This document shows positions 1 through 9,000 of a stretch of DNA of 40,497 bases, one piece after another. The stretch's first letter is position 1, and each line of letters begins with the position of its first letter. The notes under the pieces were generated by a model. That model was not told the DNA's origin. It did no database searches and saw nothing but the letters and a program-made list of their open reading frames with translations. Source of the stretch: Solirubrobacteraceae bacterium (GTDB lineage: Bacteria > Actinomycetota > Thermoleophilia > Solirubrobacterales > Solirubrobacteraceae). The translations under genes were made by a program, and so were the position numbers. The stretch covers positions 1 to 40,497 of the forward strand of contig JASHQV010000094.1 in the NCBI GenBank assembly GCA_030038955.1, written 5' to 3'.

Positions 1-923
1 GAAGCTTTGGGGGCCGACGCAGCGCCGGCGGCCGCAGGTTGGCGTCCTGCGGCGGCGGCCGATACGGGTCCACCGGCGGCGGCTGATACGGGTCCACCGG
101 CGGCGGCTGATGCGGGTCCACCGGAGGCGGCCGATGCGGGTCCACCGGCGGCGACGTCGCGCTCGATCGCGGCCACCGTGCGCAGCAGCTCGGGCAGCAG
201 CTGCGCCCGCAGCGCCTCCAGCGTAGTGCGGCTGGCGTGGGTGGACACGTTGACCGCGGCAAGCGCGCATCCGCCTGAGTCGTGGACCGCAGCGGCGATC
301 GAGCGCAGCCCGTGCTCGAGCTCCTGGTCGACCAGTGCCCACCCCTGGCGGCGGACGCGCGCCAGCTCCCGTTCGAGCTTGCCGGGATCGGTCAGCGTCT
401 GGCTGGTCAGCGGCGCCAGCTCGGAGCGGTCGAGGCGCGCGTGCAGCTCGCCCGAGCTCAGCTCGGCCAGCAGCACCCGGCCCATCGAGGTCGCGTAGGC
501 CGGGAAGCGGGTGCCGATCGAGATCGACACGGTCATGATCCGCCGCGTCGGCTCGCGCGCGACATAGACGATGTCGGCGCCGTCGAGCACCGACATCGAG
601 CAGGACTCGTGGACGCGGCCGACGAGGTCCCGCAGGTGCGGCTGGGCCAGCTCGGGCAGACTCAGGCTCGACAGGTACGCGTAGCCCAGATCCAGCACCC
701 GCGGCGTCAGCGAGAAGCGACGGTCGGCGCTGCGCACATAGCCGAGCTGCTCCAGCGTCAGCAGGAAGCGGCGGGCGGCGGCCCGAGGCAGCCCCGTGCT
801 GCTGGCCACCTCGGACAGCGTCTGGCCGGGGCCGGGGGCGTTGAGCGCCCGGACCACGGTCAGTCCGCGGTCCAGCGACTGCACGAAGAAGCGGCCGTCA
901 GACGTCGAAGAAGACGGTCTCAT
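1..923 (-). CDS. pcaR: IclR-family regulator, PcaR/PobR type (3' end runs off the window)
   Basis: Not in the ORF track because it has no stop in the window. Manual translation from ATG 923 (GGAG upstream): MRPSSSTSDGRFFVQSLDRGLTVVRAL...LSEVASSTGLPRAAARRFLLTLEQLGYV...IGTRFPAYATSMGRVLLA...DQELEHGLRSIAA. Overlaps the pcaG stop. Confidence 0.9.
   Translation of the reverse strand, partial: MRPSSSTSDGRFFVQSLDRGLTVVRALNAPGPGQTLSEVASSTGLPRAAARRFLLTLEQLGYVRSADRRFSLTPRVLDLGYAYLSSLSLPELAQPHLRDLVGRVHESCSMSVLDGADIVYVAREPTRRIMTVSISIGTRFPAYATSMGRVLLAELSSGELHARLDRSELAPLTSQTLTDPGKLERELARVRRQGWALVDQELEHGLRSIAAAVHDSGGCALAAVNVSTHASRTTLEALRAQLLPELLRTVAAIERDVAAGGPASAASGGPASAAAGGPVSAAAGGPVSAAAAGRQPAAAGAASAPKA
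51..146. repeat. 4 x 24-bp tandem repeat inside the pcaR C-terminal tail
   Basis: GG(C/A)GGCGGC(C/T)GAT(A/G)CGGGTCCACC x4; encodes GGP(A/V)SAA(A/S) on the minus strand. Confidence 0.9.
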
Positions 924-1491
924 CGTCTCCCTGCAGCCGGATGTCGAAGCGGTAGCCGTCGTCGGCGGGCTGCGCGAGCAACGTCGCCCGGCGCTCGCCC
1001 GGAACCCCGGCCAGCACCGGGTCCTCGGCGTTGGCGGCCTGCTCGTCGGCGAAGTAGATCCGCGTGACCGTGCGGTTCAGCATGCCGCGCGCCATCAGCG
1101 TCACGTCGATGTGCGGCGCCTGCAGCTTGCCGCCCGGCCCGGGCACGCGTCCCGGCTTCACCGTGAACAGCTCGAACGTGCCGTCGCCGTCCTCGCGGCC
1201 GGAGCGCCCGAAGCCGCGAAACCCGTGCAGCTGAGAGCGCCCGCCGTGCCCGTGCAGGTCGGCGAAGCGGCCGTCGCCGTCCGCCTGCCACGTCTCGATC
1301 ACGTGGTCCGGGATCGGCTCGCCGTCGCCGTCGTAGACGGTGCCGCTGATCCGGATCAGCCCTGGCGTGCCTTCGGGCACGACCCACGGCCCCGCCTCGA
1401 ACGTCAGCCCGATCGCGAAGTACGGCCCGGCCGTCTGCGACGGCGTCGTCTCGTAGATCAGGCGGCCGTCATCGGGATACGTGCGTGGCAT
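898..1491 (-). CDS. pcaG: Protocatechuate 3,4-dioxygenase alpha subunit
   Basis: TPSQTAGPY, IETWQADGDG, QAPHIDV, RGML..TRIYF, FDIRLQGDDETVFFDV; GAGGAGG RBS before ATG 1491. Confidence 0.95.
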   Translation of the reverse strand: MPRTYPDDGRLIYETTPSQTAGPYFAIGLTFEAGPWVVPEGTPGLIRISGTVYDGDGEPIPDHVIETWQADGDGRFADLHGHGGRSQLHGFRGFGRSGREDGDGTFELFTVKPGRVPGPGGKLQAPHIDVTLMARGMLNRTVTRIYFADEQAANAEDPVLAGVPGERRATLLAQPADDGYRFDIRLQGDDETVFFDV

Positions 1492-1540
1492 CAGCAATCC
1501 TCCTCACGCCGGCGTGATCGATCAGAATTCGTGCACGGCA

Positions 1541-2308
1541 TCAGTGCGCCTGCTCGAACGGGGTCGCGGCCGGCCCACGCAGGTACACGTCCCAGCGGTA
1601 CGCGTGGGCCCAGTTGGGCCGAGTCGCGTGGATGTCGAGCTCGCAGATCATCCGCTGCCGGGCGCGCCTGTCACGCACCGAGTTGAAGATCGGGTCATAC
1701 GGGAAGAACGGGTCGCCGGGGAAGTACATCTGCGTCACCAGCCGCTGCGTGAACGCCCGGCCCAGCAGCGAGAAGTGGATGTGCGCGGGGCGCCAGGCGT
1801 TGTAGTGGTTACCCCACGGGTAGGGGCCGGGCTTGATCGTGGTGAACGAGTAGCGACCCCGATCGTCGGTCACGCATCGCCCGGCGCCCGAGAAGTTGGG
1901 GTCGAGTGGCGCCGGCCAGCGATCCCACTTGTGCAGGTAACGGCCGGCGGCGTTCGCCTGCCAGATCTCCACGAGCGTGTTGCGCAGCGGCTTGCCCTCG
2001 GTGTCGCGCACGACCCCGAAGACGATGATCCGCTCGCCGATCGGCTCCCCGTCGTGCTGCCGCGTCAGATCGCTGTCGAACTCGCCGCCGGCCCGCACGT
2101 CGCCGAGCTGCGGCCCGGTGATCTCGGTGATCGTCTGCGGCATGTACACCAGCGGCTGCTTGGGATGACGCAGCCGGGTCGACTTGTAGCCCTCGAAGTC
2201 GGGCGGCGGTTGCGCCTCGGGCCGCTCGCGCAGGTATGAGGTCGGCGTGAACACCACCGGGTCGTAGATCGCCCGGTCTTCGCTGACTTCGGTATCGGTG
2301 CTGCTCAT
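1541..2308 (-). CDS. pcaH: Protocatechuate 3,4-dioxygenase beta subunit
   Basis: EIWQANAAGRYLH, DPNFSGAGR, PGPYPWGNHYNAWRPAHIHFS (Tyr/Tyr/His/His iron ligands), LVTQMYFPGDP. Start uncertain (2308 or 2347). Confidence 0.95.
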   Translation of the reverse strand: MSSTDTEVSEDRAIYDPVVFTPTSYLRERPEAQPPPDFEGYKSTRLRHPKQPLVYMPQTITEITGPQLGDVRAGGEFDSDLTRQHDGEPIGERIIVFGVVRDTEGKPLRNTLVEIWQANAAGRYLHKWDRWPAPLDPNFSGAGRCVTDDRGRYSFTTIKPGPYPWGNHYNAWRPAHIHFSLLGRAFTQRLVTQMYFPGDPFFPYDPIFNSVRDRRARQRMICELDIHATRPNWAHAYRWDVYLRGPAATPFEQAH

Positions 2309-2385
2309 CTGGTCGTCTCTTCCTCTGGATTGATCACTTGCTGACACCCCCTCCAGCTAGGGCACATAGGCCTGCGGACCCTCGT

Positions 2386-3567
2386 TCACACCCCCTCGAG
2401 CACGACGGCAAGGCCCTGACCGACGCCGATGCAGATCGCGGCGACGCCCCATCCTCCCCCGCGGCGATGCAGCTCGTGGGCCAGCCCACCCAAGATCCGC
2501 ACCCCCGAGGCGCCGAGCGGGTGGCCGATCGCGATCGCGCCGCCGTTGACGTTGACGATCTCGGGGTCGAGACCCTGCCACTGGCCGATGTCCGCGAGGC
2601 ACTGCGAGGCAAATGCCTCGTTCAGCTCGACCACGTCGATCTGCTCCCAGCCGATCCCCGCTCGCCGCAGCGCGATCTCCGCTGCCTCCACCGGGGCGAT
2701 CCCGAACACGTCCGGATCGACGGCCGCGGCACCGCGGGACACGACCCGCGCGATCGGCTCCCGGCCGGCCGCCCCGGCGCCCTCCGCGGAGGCGAGCAGC
2801 AGCGCCCCAGCGCCGTCGTTCAGCGGCGAGGAGTTGCCGGCGGTGACCGTGCCTCCCTCGACGAACGCCGGCTGCAGCGCTGCCAGCTTCTCGAGCGAGG
2901 TATCGGGCCGGATCCCCTCGTCGCGCTCCAGCTCGGTGCCGGGCACCGGCACCACCCACGGCGAGTAGAAGCCGGCCTCCCAGGCGGCGGCCGCGCGCCG
3001 GTGGCTGCGCAGCGCGAACTCGTCCTGCGCCTGTCGGGCGATCCCGTACAGGCCCGCCAGCTTCTCGGCGCTGGCGCCAAGCGAGATCGTCCACCGCTCC
3101 GGCATCCGCGGGTTGACCATGCGCCAGCCAAGCGTGCTCGAGTACAGCGTCTCGTGCCCGCGGGGGAAGCTGCGCTCGGGCTTCGCCAGCACCCACGGCG
3201 CACGGCTCATCGACTCCACGCCCCCGACCAGCGTGATCGCGGCATCGCCGGTCTCGATCATCCGGCTGGCCTGCATCGCCGCCTCCAGGCTCGACCCGCA
3301 CAACCGGTTGACGGTGGCGCCCGGCACGCTCGTCGGCAGCTCCGCCAGCAGCACTGCCATCCGCGCGACGTTGCGGTTGTCCTCGCCGGCGCCGCCTGCG
3401 TCGCCGAACAGGACATCGTCGATCCGTGCCGAGTCGAGCTGTGGGCAGCGCGCCAGCAGCGCCGAGACCACGTGCGCGGCGAGATCGTCAGGCCGGACTC
3501 CGGCGAGCGCGCCGCTGTAGCGCCCGAACGGGGTGCGCACGGCATCGAGGACGTACGCCTCAGCCAA
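2386..3567 (-). CDS. pcaF: Thiolase, 3-oxoadipyl-CoA thiolase by context
   Basis: GEDNRNVARM, NRLCGSS, GGVESMSRAP, NEAFA, GHPLGASG, CIGVGQG. Confidence 0.9.
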   Translation of the reverse strand: MAEAYVLDAVRTPFGRYSGALAGVRPDDLAAHVVSALLARCPQLDSARIDDVLFGDAGGAGEDNRNVARMAVLLAELPTSVPGATVNRLCGSSLEAAMQASRMIETGDAAITLVGGVESMSRAPWVLAKPERSFPRGHETLYSSTLGWRMVNPRMPERWTISLGASAEKLAGLYGIARQAQDEFALRSHRRAAAAWEAGFYSPWVVPVPGTELERDEGIRPDTSLEKLAALQPAFVEGGTVTAGNSSPLNDGAGALLLASAEGAGAAGREPIARVVSRGAAAVDPDVFGIAPVEAAEIALRRAGIGWEQIDVVELNEAFASQCLADIGQWQGLDPEIVNVNGGAIAIGHPLGASGVRILGGLAHELHRRGGGWGVAAICIGVGQGLAVVLEGV

Positions 3568-3649
3568 GACTCACCCTCACCTCGAGAATCACCCTCACTC
3601 TAAGCCTTACCTTTGTTCATTCGCTCCAACGCGATCTAAGCTCGCGCGC

Positions 3650-4420
3650 TCACCTGCTCACCAACGCTCGCAGCGCCGACAGCTCCTCGGCCGTCGGCGC
3701 TTCCGTCTCTTGCAGTCGCTCGGCCACACGCAGCTCCCAGCCGGTCGCCTGTCGCACTTGCTCGGGCTCGACCCCAGGGTGAACCTGGGTCAGCGTCAGC
3801 TCGCCGTCGCACGGCTCCAGCACTCCCAGATCGGTGATCACGTCGGTGGTATGGGCACCACTCGTCGTCAGGAAGTCCAAGCGCTCGACGAACGTCCGCG
3901 GCGTGTGCGGCACGATCACCACCACCTCCGGGCAGCCGATCGCGATCTCCGGCGCGCCACCGGCACCGGGCAGCCGTGTGCGCGGATGCTCGTAATCGCC
4001 GATCACGGTCGAGTTGAGGTTGCCGTGACGGTCGATCTGCGCCGCTCCGAGGAAGGCGACCTGGACGCGTCCCGCCCCGATCCAGTAGTTGAACATCTCC
4101 GGCACCGGCACGACCAGATCGGCGGTCTGCGCGAGCTCGCCGTCGCCGATCGACAGCGGCACGTGCTCCGGCTTGGCCCCGATCGTCCCGGACTCGTAGA
4201 CCAGCACAAGCTCGGGGTTGTGGACGTTGCGCGCCAGCATCGCCGCGGTGCTCGGGCGGCCGACGCCGATGAACACCGACCCGGCCTCGCGCAGCCGCCG
4301 GGCGGCCACCACCGTCTGCACCTCGCTGGTGCTCGGCGGACTGTGATCCATGCTCACCGCGGCATCATCGGCGCGCGGCGCTCCCCCACCGGCGCTCGCC
4401 GAGCGATCGCCTGCGCTCAC
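3650..4420 (-). CDS. pcaJ: 3-oxoadipate CoA-transferase subunit B (CatJ/GctB-type)
   Basis: FIGVGRP, LVYESG (catalytic Glu), FLGAAQIDRHGNLNST, RLPGAGGAPEI. Confidence 0.85.
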   Translation of the reverse strand: MSAGDRSASAGGGAPRADDAAVSMDHSPPSTSEVQTVVAARRLREAGSVFIGVGRPSTAAMLARNVHNPELVLVYESGTIGAKPEHVPLSIGDGELAQTADLVVPVPEMFNYWIGAGRVQVAFLGAAQIDRHGNLNSTVIGDYEHPRTRLPGAGGAPEIAIGCPEVVVIVPHTPRTFVERLDFLTTSGAHTTDVITDLGVLEPCDGELTLTQVHPGVEPEQVRQATGWELRVAERLQETEAPTAEELSALRALVSR

Positions 4421-5253
4421 GACTCCACCGCCGCCGCGCCCAGGACGTGCTCATGCATCCAGGCGGTGAACTCGTCGCGGTCGCGGCTCACGCGGTCCCA
4501 CAGCCGGTAGAAGCCGTTGTCGCGCTCGGTCACGCCGAGCGCGTACGATGGCCACGACCCTCCGGGCGCTTCCGCAACCAGGTCGATCGCCCAGCCGGGG
4601 ATCGTCACCCCGCCCGGCCGCGGCTCGAGCCGATCGACGATCCGCTCGACCGTCACCAGCGACCGCTCAGCCGCCAGCACCGCCTCCTTCTGCACACCGG
4701 GAATTCCCCACAGCTGCACGTTGCCGCGGCGGTCGGCCTCCTGTGCGTGCACGATCGCGACGTCGGGGCGCAGCGCCGGTACCGCCACCAGCTGCTCGCC
4801 GGTGAACGGGCACCGCAGCGGACGCACGTTCGCGTGCTCCAGCAGCTGCGTCCCCGTGTAGCCGCGCATCACCGCGCACGGCAGCTTCGCGGCGCCGGCC
4901 GCATAGCGGTTGGCCATGCCCGCGTGCGAGTGCTCGTCGAGCTCGATCGAGCGGGGCCAACCGTGCTCCACCGCATCCCGGAACCGGTGTAGCGACCCCA
5001 CGCCGGGGTTGCCCCCGTACGAGAAAACCAGCTTGCGGGCCGCGCCGACCCCGATCATCTGGTCGTAGAGGATGTCCGGGGTCATCCGGATCAGCTCCAG
5101 CTCGCGCCGCCCCTGGCGCAGCAGCTCGTGTCCCGCCGCGAACGGGATCAGGTGCGTGAACCCCTCCAGCGCGACGCTGTCGCCGTCGCGCACGAGCGTG
5201 GCGACCGCCTGCGGAAGCGAGACGACCTCAGCCACGGTGTCCGCAATGCGCAT
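4417..5253 (-). CDS. pcaI: 3-oxoadipate CoA-transferase subunit A (CatI/GctA-type)
   Basis: ALEGFTHLIPFAAGHE, RMTPD, GNPGVGSLHRFRD, HAQEADRRGNV; 4-bp overlap with subunit B. Confidence 0.85.
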   Translation of the reverse strand: MRIADTVAEVVSLPQAVATLVRDGDSVALEGFTHLIPFAAGHELLRQGRRELELIRMTPDILYDQMIGVGAARKLVFSYGGNPGVGSLHRFRDAVEHGWPRSIELDEHSHAGMANRYAAGAAKLPCAVMRGYTGTQLLEHANVRPLRCPFTGEQLVAVPALRPDVAIVHAQEADRRGNVQLWGIPGVQKEAVLAAERSLVTVERIVDRLEPRPGGVTIPGWAIDLVAEAPGGSWPSYALGVTERDNGFYRLWDRVSRDRDEFTAWMHEHVLGAAAVES

Positions 5254-5296
5254 GATCGGACACTATGCGCACACACTACCGGATCGCCTGGCGGGC

Positions 5297-5313
5297 TAGG
5301 CTGTCGCTCGATG
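5297..5313 (+). promoter_or_regulatory. Probable -10 box (TAGGCT) for a leaderless pcaB transcript
   Basis: TAGGCT lies 8 nt before ATG 5311 with no SD; only ~57 bp separate the divergent pcaI and pcaB starts. Confidence 0.5.
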
Positions 5314-6348
5314 TCCGGCGATGCCACACCCGTGCTGTTCGGGGGCCTGTACGCGCGCGGCGAGGTGGCCGCGGCGGTCAGCGACCGAGCGTGGCTGCAG
5401 GCGATGCTCGACGTCGAGGCGGCGATGGGCGGCCGCCGCGTGCGCGCCGAGCAGCTCGACCTCGAGCAGCTCGGACGCGATGCGGCCGACCACGCCTCGC
5501 CGGTGGTGCCGCTGGCGAAGCTGTTCGCGGAGACCCACGCCGGCGCCACCTCGCAGGACGTGATCGACACGGCGATGATGCTGGTCGCCAAGCGCGCGCT
5601 GGTCCCGCTGCTGGCAGACGCGGACGCTGCCGCCGGTGCCGCCGGCTTGCTGGCACGGCGGCACCGGGACCTGCCGGTCCTCGGCATCACCCTGCTGCAG
5701 CCGGCGCTGCCGACCTCGCTGGGGATGCGGGCCGCCGGCTGGATGACCGCGATCGACGAGGCCGCCGCGGCGCTGCGGGCGGCGCCGCTGGCGGTGCAGA
5801 TGGGCGGCCCCGTGGGCAAGCGCGACCCGGCGATGGCGGCCCAGGTGGCACGCGAGCTCGGGCTCGAGCAGCCGCTGTTGCCGTGGCACACCGACCGCGT
5901 CCGCCCCGCGCGGCTCGCGTGCGCACTCGGGGTACTGTGCGGCGCCCTGTCGAAGCCGGCGCGCGACGTGACGATCGCGCCGGGGCTGCGCGAGGGCGAC
6001 CCGGATCCCGCCCACCCGCGCGGCGGCTCCAGCGCGATGCCGCACAAGCGCAACCCGGTCGCCGCCGTGTCGGTGCTCGCCTGCACCCGGCGCACACCCG
6101 GGCTCGTCGCGACGATGCTGGCCTCGATGGAGCAGGAGCTGGAGCGGGCCGCCGGCGCCTGGCAGGCCGAGTGGGGGACGATCACCGAGCTGCTGCGACT
6201 GACCGGCTCCGCCGCCGCCTGGGCACGCGACCTGCTCGAGCACCTCGAGCTGGACGGCGCCGCCATCCAGGCGGGCGCCGGACCGAACCCGGACCTGGGG
6301 GCAGCTGCGGCGCTGGTCGACCACGCCCTTGAGGAGCGCGCACGGTGA
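5311..6348 (+). CDS. pcaB: 3-carboxy-cis,cis-muconate cycloisomerase (short form)
   Basis: HAGATSQDVIDTA, TLLQPALPT, PWHTDR, fumarase-superfamily signature GGSSAMPHKRNP, ERAAGAWQAEW. Confidence 0.88.
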   Translation: MSGDATPVLFGGLYARGEVAAAVSDRAWLQAMLDVEAAMGGRRVRAEQLDLEQLGRDAADHASPVVPLAKLFAETHAGATSQDVIDTAMMLVAKRALVPLLADADAAAGAAGLLARRHRDLPVLGITLLQPALPTSLGMRAAGWMTAIDEAAAALRAAPLAVQMGGPVGKRDPAMAAQVARELGLEQPLLPWHTDRVRPARLACALGVLCGALSKPARDVTIAPGLREGDPDPAHPRGGSSAMPHKRNPVAAVSVLACTRRTPGLVATMLASMEQELERAAGAWQAEWGTITELLRLTGSAAAWARDLLEHLELDGAAIQAGAGPNPDLGAAAALVDHALEERAR

Positions 6349-6358
6349 GGAGCGTGCG

Positions 6359-6766
6359 GTGAGTGGCTCGGAGCGTTACGAGCGAGGCGAGCGGGTGCGC
6401 CGCGAGGTGCTCGGCGAGGCGCACGTCGACCGGGCGCTGGCCGGCGCAACCGAGTTCACGCGGCCTTTCCAGGAGTTCATTACCGAGCACGTGTGGGGCG
6501 GGGTGTGGACGCGCGAGGGGCTCAGCCGCCGCGAGCGCAGCATCGTCACGCTGGCCGTGCTCACCGCGCTGGGGCGCGAGCAGGAGCTGGCGCTGCATGT
6601 GCGGGCGGCGCAGCGCAACGGGCTCAGCCGCGACGAGATCTGCGAGCTGCTGCTGCACACCGCGGCGTACGCGGGGGTTCCGGCGGCGAATGCGGCGTTC
6701 ACAATCGCCCAGCGGGTATTAGAGCAGGAAGACGAGCAACCATCGACACAGGAGCAAGACGGATGA
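6359..6766 (+). CDS. pcaC: 4-carboxymuconolactone decarboxylase
   Basis: RREVLGEAHVDRA, FQEFITEHVWGGVWTREGL, ELALHVRAA, YAGVPAAN; GAGGAG RBS before GTG. Confidence 0.92.
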   Translation: MSGSERYERGERVRREVLGEAHVDRALAGATEFTRPFQEFITEHVWGGVWTREGLSRRERSIVTLAVLTALGREQELALHVRAAQRNGLSRDEICELLLHTAAYAGVPAANAAFTIAQRVLEQEDEQPSTQEQDG

Positions 6767-7998
6767 GCGAGCAGACGTTCGTGATCGTGGGCGCCAGCCT
6801 GGCCGGCGCCAAGGCCGCCGAGGAGCTGCGTGAGCGCGGCTTCGACGGGCGCGTGGTGCTGATCGGCAGCGAGGTCGAGCGCCCGTACGAGCGTCCGCCG
6901 CTGAGCAAGGACTACCTGCAGGGGAGCTCGGAGCGCGACAAGGTCTACGTGCACGCGGAGAGCTTCTACGAGGAGCGCGAGATCGAGCTGATGACGGGAA
7001 CCAAGGTCGAGGCGATCGACCCGGGGGCGGCGAAGGTGACGCTCGATGGCGAGCGCGAGCTTCAGTTCGACCGGCTGCTGCTGGCCACCGGTGCCGAGCC
7101 GCGCGCGCTGGAGGTGCCGGGCGCCGAGCTCGGCGGCATCTTCTACCTGCGCACGGTGGGCGACTGCGACGCGCTGCGCGAGCGCTTCTCAGACGGCGGC
7201 CACGTGGCCGTTGTCGGCGCTGGCTGGATCGGCTCCGAAGTCGCGGCCTCGGCTCGCCAGGGGGGTCTCGAGGTGACGCTGATCGACCCGCTGAGGCTGC
7301 CCAACGAGCGCGTGTTCGGCGAGGAGGTGGGCGCCTTCTACCGGGACACGCACGCCGCCCACGGGGTGCAGCTGCTGCTCGGGCAGGGGGTCGAGGCATT
7401 CGAGGGGGATGGCGCCGTCGCGCGCGTGCGCACGTCCGCGGGCACCACCGTCGACTGCGACTTCGTCGTCGTCGGGATCGGCGTGGCACCGCGCGTCGGG
7501 CTGGCCGAGCGGGCCGGACTCGACGTCGACAACGGCGTGCTCGTCGACGAGCGGCTGCGTAGCTCAGCCGACAACGTGTTCGCTGCCGGCGACGTGGCGA
7601 ACCACCAGCACCCCTTCTACGGCCGCCGGATCCGCGTCGAGCACTGGGCCAACGCGCTCAACCAGGGACCGGCGGCGGCGCGGGCGATGCTCGGCGACGA
7701 CGCCGCCTACGAGCGACTGCCGTACTTCTTCTCCGACCAGTACGACGTCGGCATGGAGTACTCGGGGTACGTCGCCGACTGGGACGAGGTGGTGTTCCGC
7801 GGCGACCGCGACGGCGGCGAGTTCATCGCCTTCTGGCTGTCGGGCGGCCGCGTCATCGCCGGCATGAACGTCAACGTGTGGGACGTTACCGACCAGATCC
7901 AGGCGCTGATCCGCTCCCGCCGCCAGGTGGACACGGGCGCGCTGGCCGACCCGGACACGTCGTTGCAGTCGCTGTCGGGCGAGGGCGACCGGGACTGA
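6763..7998 (+). CDS. FAD-dependent ferredoxin--NAD(P)+ reductase (GR/ONFR type)
   Basis: VIVGASLAG, PYERPPLSK, LATG, GAGWIGSE, AAGD, RVEHW, PYFFSDQYD; ATGA overlap with pcaC. Confidence 0.9.
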   Translation: MSEQTFVIVGASLAGAKAAEELRERGFDGRVVLIGSEVERPYERPPLSKDYLQGSSERDKVYVHAESFYEEREIELMTGTKVEAIDPGAAKVTLDGERELQFDRLLLATGAEPRALEVPGAELGGIFYLRTVGDCDALRERFSDGGHVAVVGAGWIGSEVAASARQGGLEVTLIDPLRLPNERVFGEEVGAFYRDTHAAHGVQLLLGQGVEAFEGDGAVARVRTSAGTTVDCDFVVVGIGVAPRVGLAERAGLDVDNGVLVDERLRSSADNVFAAGDVANHQHPFYGRRIRVEHWANALNQGPAAARAMLGDDAAYERLPYFFSDQYDVGMEYSGYVADWDEVVFRGDRDGGEFIAFWLSGGRVIAGMNVNVWDVTDQIQALIRSRRQVDTGALADPDTSLQSLSGEGDRD

Positions 7999-8028
7999 GC
8001 GCCGCCACCAGCAGCGTGCCCGCGGTCG

Positions 8029-8403
8029 TCAGTACTCCTTGCGGATCGACTCGAGCACGCTGACGGTCGTCTCCTCGTCGTTCTCGTAGGCGATCATGCA
8101 GCCGCTGTTGATTGCGCCCTCGACGGCGCCGACGCTGCTGGCGCCGTCCGACAGCGGCCCGTGCTCGCGGACGTACAGCCGCGCGTAGTCGGCCTGCCGC
8201 ACCTGGTTGGTGGAGCCCCACTGCGAGCACGAGGTGGAGTCCGTGACCGTGCCCGCCTTCGGGCCGAACACCGCGAACAGCAGCATCGCCAGCATCAGCG
8301 CCACCGACGCCGCCGCGCACAGCGCGAACAGCTTGTGCTTGGCGAGCAGCTTCCGGAGTTTCAGGTCCTCCGGCGAGTAGCCTTGGGGAGCTTCAACGGC
8401 CAT
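8029..8403 (-). CDS. Hypothetical membrane-anchored/exported protein
   Basis: One hydrophobic helix followed by a small domain with two Cys; GC-rich third codon positions. Confidence 0.65.
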   Translation of the reverse strand: MAVEAPQGYSPEDLKLRKLLAKHKLFALCAAASVALMLAMLLFAVFGPKAGTVTDSTSCSQWGSTNQVRQADYARLYVREHGPLSDGASSVGAVEGAINSGCMIAYENDEETTVSVLESIRKEY

Positions 8404-8475
8404 GCCGTGGCGCACAGATTACCGCCCGCCCAGTGCGCGGGCCGGCGGGCGCGCTGCCCGGCGAGAAGCCCGTGA

Positions 8476-9000
8476 TCAGGTCGTGGTGATCAGCCCCGTG
8501 CGGGTGGTAGCGGTCGCATCCGCCGATGGCTGCCGTTCGGACGCGGGCTCGCTGTCGGGGTGCCCGCGCGCGAGGAACAGCCACACGCCGATCACCACCC
8601 CCGCGAGCGTCCACAGCCCCCATGCGATTCCCTGCCCGACCTGAGTGGCGACCGGTCCCGGACACGCGTCCGCCACCCCCCAGCCCAACCCGAAGATGAT
8701 GCTGCCGACGATGTGCCGCCGCTGCGGCGGCTGAGGCTCCCAGCCGATCCGCTCGCCGGTCAGCAGCGCACGCGCGCGGAGCTGCCGCAGTGCGCGCAGG
8801 CCGACCGTCGCCACCAGCACGGCCGACGCGAAGAACAGGAACAGGTAGGCCTGCTGGAACAGCAGCGCCCGGCGGATCACCTCGGGACTGGTCATACCGC
8901 TCCACGACAGCGTGACGCCGAATGCTGCGCCGATCGCGAATCCCGCGAGCCGGCGGCTCGTCGCAGCGCCCGCACGCGCAGTCGAAGCACCCGCGGTCAT
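8476..9000 (-). CDS. YeeE/YedE-family sulfur transporter subunit (DUF6691/PmpB-like)
   Basis: GAAFGVTLSWSGMTSPEVI, GSIIFGLGWGVADACPGP; start taken at ATG 9000, coupled to the upstream stop. Confidence 0.85.
   Translation of the reverse strand: MTAGASTARAGAATSRRLAGFAIGAAFGVTLSWSGMTSPEVIRRALLFQQAYLFLFFASAVLVATVGLRALRQLRARALLTGERIGWEPQPPQRRHIVGSIIFGLGWGVADACPGPVATQVGQGIAWGLWTLAGVVIGVWLFLARGHPDSEPASERQPSADATATTRTGLITTT

Noticed and set aside
51-146. 24-bp repeats as a CRISPR array
   Set aside because: Head-to-tail with no spacers, in frame within pcaR, and no cas genes in the window.
3570-3598. TCACCCTCAC direct repeat between pcaJ and pcaF
   Set aside because: Reads as a duplicated purine-rich SD-like stretch on the coding strand; too short to call an operator.
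282-3603. Long plus-strand ORFs 282-1067, 796-1686, 1481-2239 and 2338-3603
   Set aside because: Antisense shadows of pcaR/G/H/F, typical of high-GC DNA; no motifs.
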